Origin: a virus
Lineage: Duplodnaviria > Caudoviricetes
Virus record (IMG/VR): IMGVR_UViG_3300040985_001289
Location: 1-63,710 of that record
Direction: 5' to 3' (one strand)
Length of the DNA stretch: 63,710 nucleotides
Of the stretch, positions 61,316 to 63,710 are shown piece after piece. The notes beneath the pieces were generated by a model that saw nothing but the letters and a program-made list of their open reading frames with translations, made no database searches and was not told the DNA's origin. The first letter of the stretch is position 1. Each line of letters starts with the position of its first letter. The position numbers and the translations under genes are program-made.

Positions 61316-63710
61316 TTTGTTTCCTCTATTAAAGTTTCAATGTAATCGTCGTAATCGAAGCCCATGTCCTCGATGTGTTTTATCTGTGACTTGAATGCCA
61401 ACTGGAACGAGTCATTAATATTCTCGTCGTGGATTGAAGCCCCAAGTCGTTTTCCAAACTTATCTATGAAGTCCATCTGCGAATCGTATTTTGGGAAGGC
61501 AACCTTGCCTTTGTTCGCAGTGGTCATAGCCTCCCGAACCTTACTGCCCATCAATAAGTGATTCTGATGTAATTGATCGTAAAGTTTACTCCTGTCGCGT
61601 TCGTTATTGGCAATCTTCTTTTTGTCAGTTAGCTTCCCGATCTGTGCGTCTATATCGTCAATCTTCCTGCCAGTCCCTGATGCTAATGTTCGGGAACCAC
61701 TGAATACTGTTGCGTTATTCCTGACCTTGTCGCCTACACTCTTTTCTGGATCTTGTGCTCTAATTTTGAACGGAACTACAATTCTTTGAAGAGCCTCATT
61801 GGAACTTTTAACCCAACCGTCCTGTCTCCCTGTTTTTTCACGCCATAATTGATCAAATAGTGTCGCCAGCTTTACTGGCAATGCAGGGGCAATATCCTTG
61901 AGTGCTCTTCCTGACCTCTCAATAACCGTCGTCTCTTTCTTGAATTTGGCAACACGCTCACCCTTCAATTCGTCCGATGTCTGCTCAATTATGTCAAGTG
62001 CATCAATCTCAGACCCGAAGAATAGCTTGACGGCAGCAGTTGCGGTCATACCTGGTATCTGACCAACCATCTCTTCGATAATTTTCCCTTGAGCAGCCTT
62101 CATATTACCTTGCTGAATAGCGGCAGCAGGGATTGATAAGTGTGGAAAGAAGTTCACGTAATCATAAATAGCCAGTACCGGAGTCCCGTCATTCCTGTAC
62201 CATCCTGATTCAACAGCATCTTGCCAATATTCAGGTTGGAAGTGACGGATAGCATTCATCTCGTCTTGGTTAACAGCTCTGTCGTATTCTTTTCTATCTT
62301 TATCATCAAGGCTTATTTTGGATAACGCTTTGCCAAGAATTTCACTCCCTAACTCTGCGGTTGTTGCAGCAGCAATCCCAAGAACGCCATTAGCGAGAGT
62401 GAATCCAATCATCGGGCGAATGTCGCCCTTCTTGAACTGTTTCTGAGCATGAACCAGCCCATTGTACCATATTCGAGCAGCGTCGAACTTGAAACTCATA
62501 AAGTCAGCGAGTCCAGCCTTCGACATCTTCTTCGCAATTCGAGAAGTCCTATCTGTGTATTGATAGTGCTGCTTTACAAATTCAGCAGCAGACTCTTCAG
62601 CTTGCTTCGTTTCCATCCCTGCTTCAAGGTTCAACTCTTTGTGAAGTTGGAACGACGCTATCTTGGTCGGGATATCCATTAACTGATACATCTCACCAGC
62701 CTTCTGAAGCACTTTCTTTTCAGCGTCTTTCAATTTTCCAAGTTTACTCGTACTCGCTATTTCTGGGTTGACCGTCAATGACACGCTGTTTAGATAATCA
62801 GCCCCGATTTCAATCTGGGTTTCCTGAACCTGTGACTGTGCATTCTTGGCAAGAACACCTAACCCGATCATCTTTGAGATTTCTGCCTGTGCTGTTTTAT
62901 CTCCCTCCCAAGATTTCGCTAACGTCTTTACGCCCTTGTTGTGATGTTTTGTAAACTTAACAGGATGGGTAGTTATGTCCCCGTTTGCAAGTGACATCAC
63001 ATACGATGTGCCGAAGTTTCGCATCATAGGCGTGAGGTCAGCCAGTTTCCCAAGCCTGACACGAGCCAATAACCCCCTATGCAAATCTGATACTGTCTGA
63101 ATCCACTGTGTTTGAATGAAATCTCCAACAACTACATCGTATGTCCCTTGTGATACATATTTACCGCTCAGGTTCCCATATCGTTTAGGAATTTCAGGTA
63201 TCATTTTGACATGACCAGCCTTCGTATCTTTAGATCCAGACCACACCACACCTTCATTTGATTGCAACCCAATCTGCTGAAGGAAGTTTAGATTATTGAA
63301 CAGTTGTTGCTGTGCGAGTGACGTAGACATTAACCGATCAACAGGGTCTATAACCTCGCCATACATTGCTCTGAACTCCCGACTCTCAAGGAACCTCTTC
63401 AGGATTGAGTCAACAGGCACTCCGTGAACCGTCTGACCTTTGGTTTTCTCAGTACGCTTGATTATGTAATTATCAACCATGTCAAGGGCTGATAAATGTA
63501 TTGCCTGTGCCGATTGACTGTATGTGAATTCGTCTATATTTGGGTCAAACTGTAAATCAGTAATCTGCCTGTGCATGGAATTGTATGTATTACGCAATGC
63601 CTTTGCTCGTTCTTGAAGATTACGAGGAACGGCATTGAATGATCTCTGATCTCCGGTAGTTATGTAACTGTATATAGATTGTTTAGAGTCTTTAGGAATT
63701 CGTTTCATGC
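61312..63710 (-). CDS. C-terminal 798 aa of the giant ejection-type protein
   Basis: In frame with 1..3574 through the terminal overlap. Confidence 0.8.
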   Translation of the reverse strand, partial: MKRIPKDSKQSIYSYITTGDQRSFNAVPRNLQERAKALRNTYNSMHRQITDLQFDPNIDEFTYSQSAQAIHLSALDMVDNYIIKRTEKTKGQTVHGVPVDSILKRFLESREFRAMYGEVIDPVDRLMSTSLAQQQLFNNLNFLQQIGLQSNEGVVWSGSKDTKAGHVKMIPEIPKRYGNLSGKYVSQGTYDVVVGDFIQTQWIQTVSDLHRGLLARVRLGKLADLTPMMRNFGTSYVMSLANGDITTHPVKFTKHHNKGVKTLAKSWEGDKTAQAEISKMIGLGVLAKNAQSQVQETQIEIGADYLNSVSLTVNPEIASTSKLGKLKDAEKKVLQKAGEMYQLMDIPTKIASFQLHKELNLEAGMETKQAEESAAEFVKQHYQYTDRTSRIAKKMSKAGLADFMSFKFDAARIWYNGLVHAQKQFKKGDIRPMIGFTLANGVLGIAAATTAELGSEILGKALSKISLDDKDRKEYDRAVNQDEMNAIRHFQPEYWQDAVESGWYRNDGTPVLAIYDYVNFFPHLSIPAAAIQQGNMKAAQGKIIEEMVGQIPGMTATAAVKLFFGSEIDALDIIEQTSDELKGERVAKFKKETTVIERSGRALKDIAPALPVKLATLFDQLWREKTGRQDGWVKSSNEALQRIVVPFKIRAQDPEKSVGDKVRNNATVFSGSRTLASGTGRKIDDIDAQIGKLTDKKKIANNERDRSKLYDQLHQNHLLMGSKVREAMTTANKGKVAFPKYDSQMDFIDKFGKRLGASIHDENINDSFQLAFKSQIKHIEDMGFDYDDYIETLIEETK
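63612..63709. repeat. Terminal direct repeat, right copy
   Basis: Identical to 1-98; final base 63710 (c) differs from base 99 (t). Confidence 0.95.

Overview
Apparently complete, circularly assembled ~63.6-kb genome of an uncharacterised tailed phage (podovirus-like; bases 1-98 recur at 63612-63709). The minus strand carries a long virion/packaging operon: a ~1,957-aa ejection-type protein crossing the join, tail, capsid, scaffold, portal, and a terminase split into two ORFs around an inserted gene. It also carries a lysis/tail-fibre block and a lambda-like replication/recombination arm (initiator, DnaC-like ATPase, ERF, YqaJ exonuclease, SSB, a dual-frame C5 methyltransferase, HNH genes, one odd tRNA). 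A plus-strand block of small early-type genes lies at ~30.9-37 kb. I recognise no integrase, CI-type repressor, DNA polymerase, reverse transcriptase or CRISPR array. The most unusual signals are non-coding: a ~600-bp array of operator-like palindromes (55.6-56.2 kb), four promoter-proximal leaders with interleaved A-B-A'-B' inverted repeats, and three anticodon-less mini-tRNA-like elements plus a hammerhead ribozyme between early genes. All protein calls are motif recognition by eye; no searches were run.
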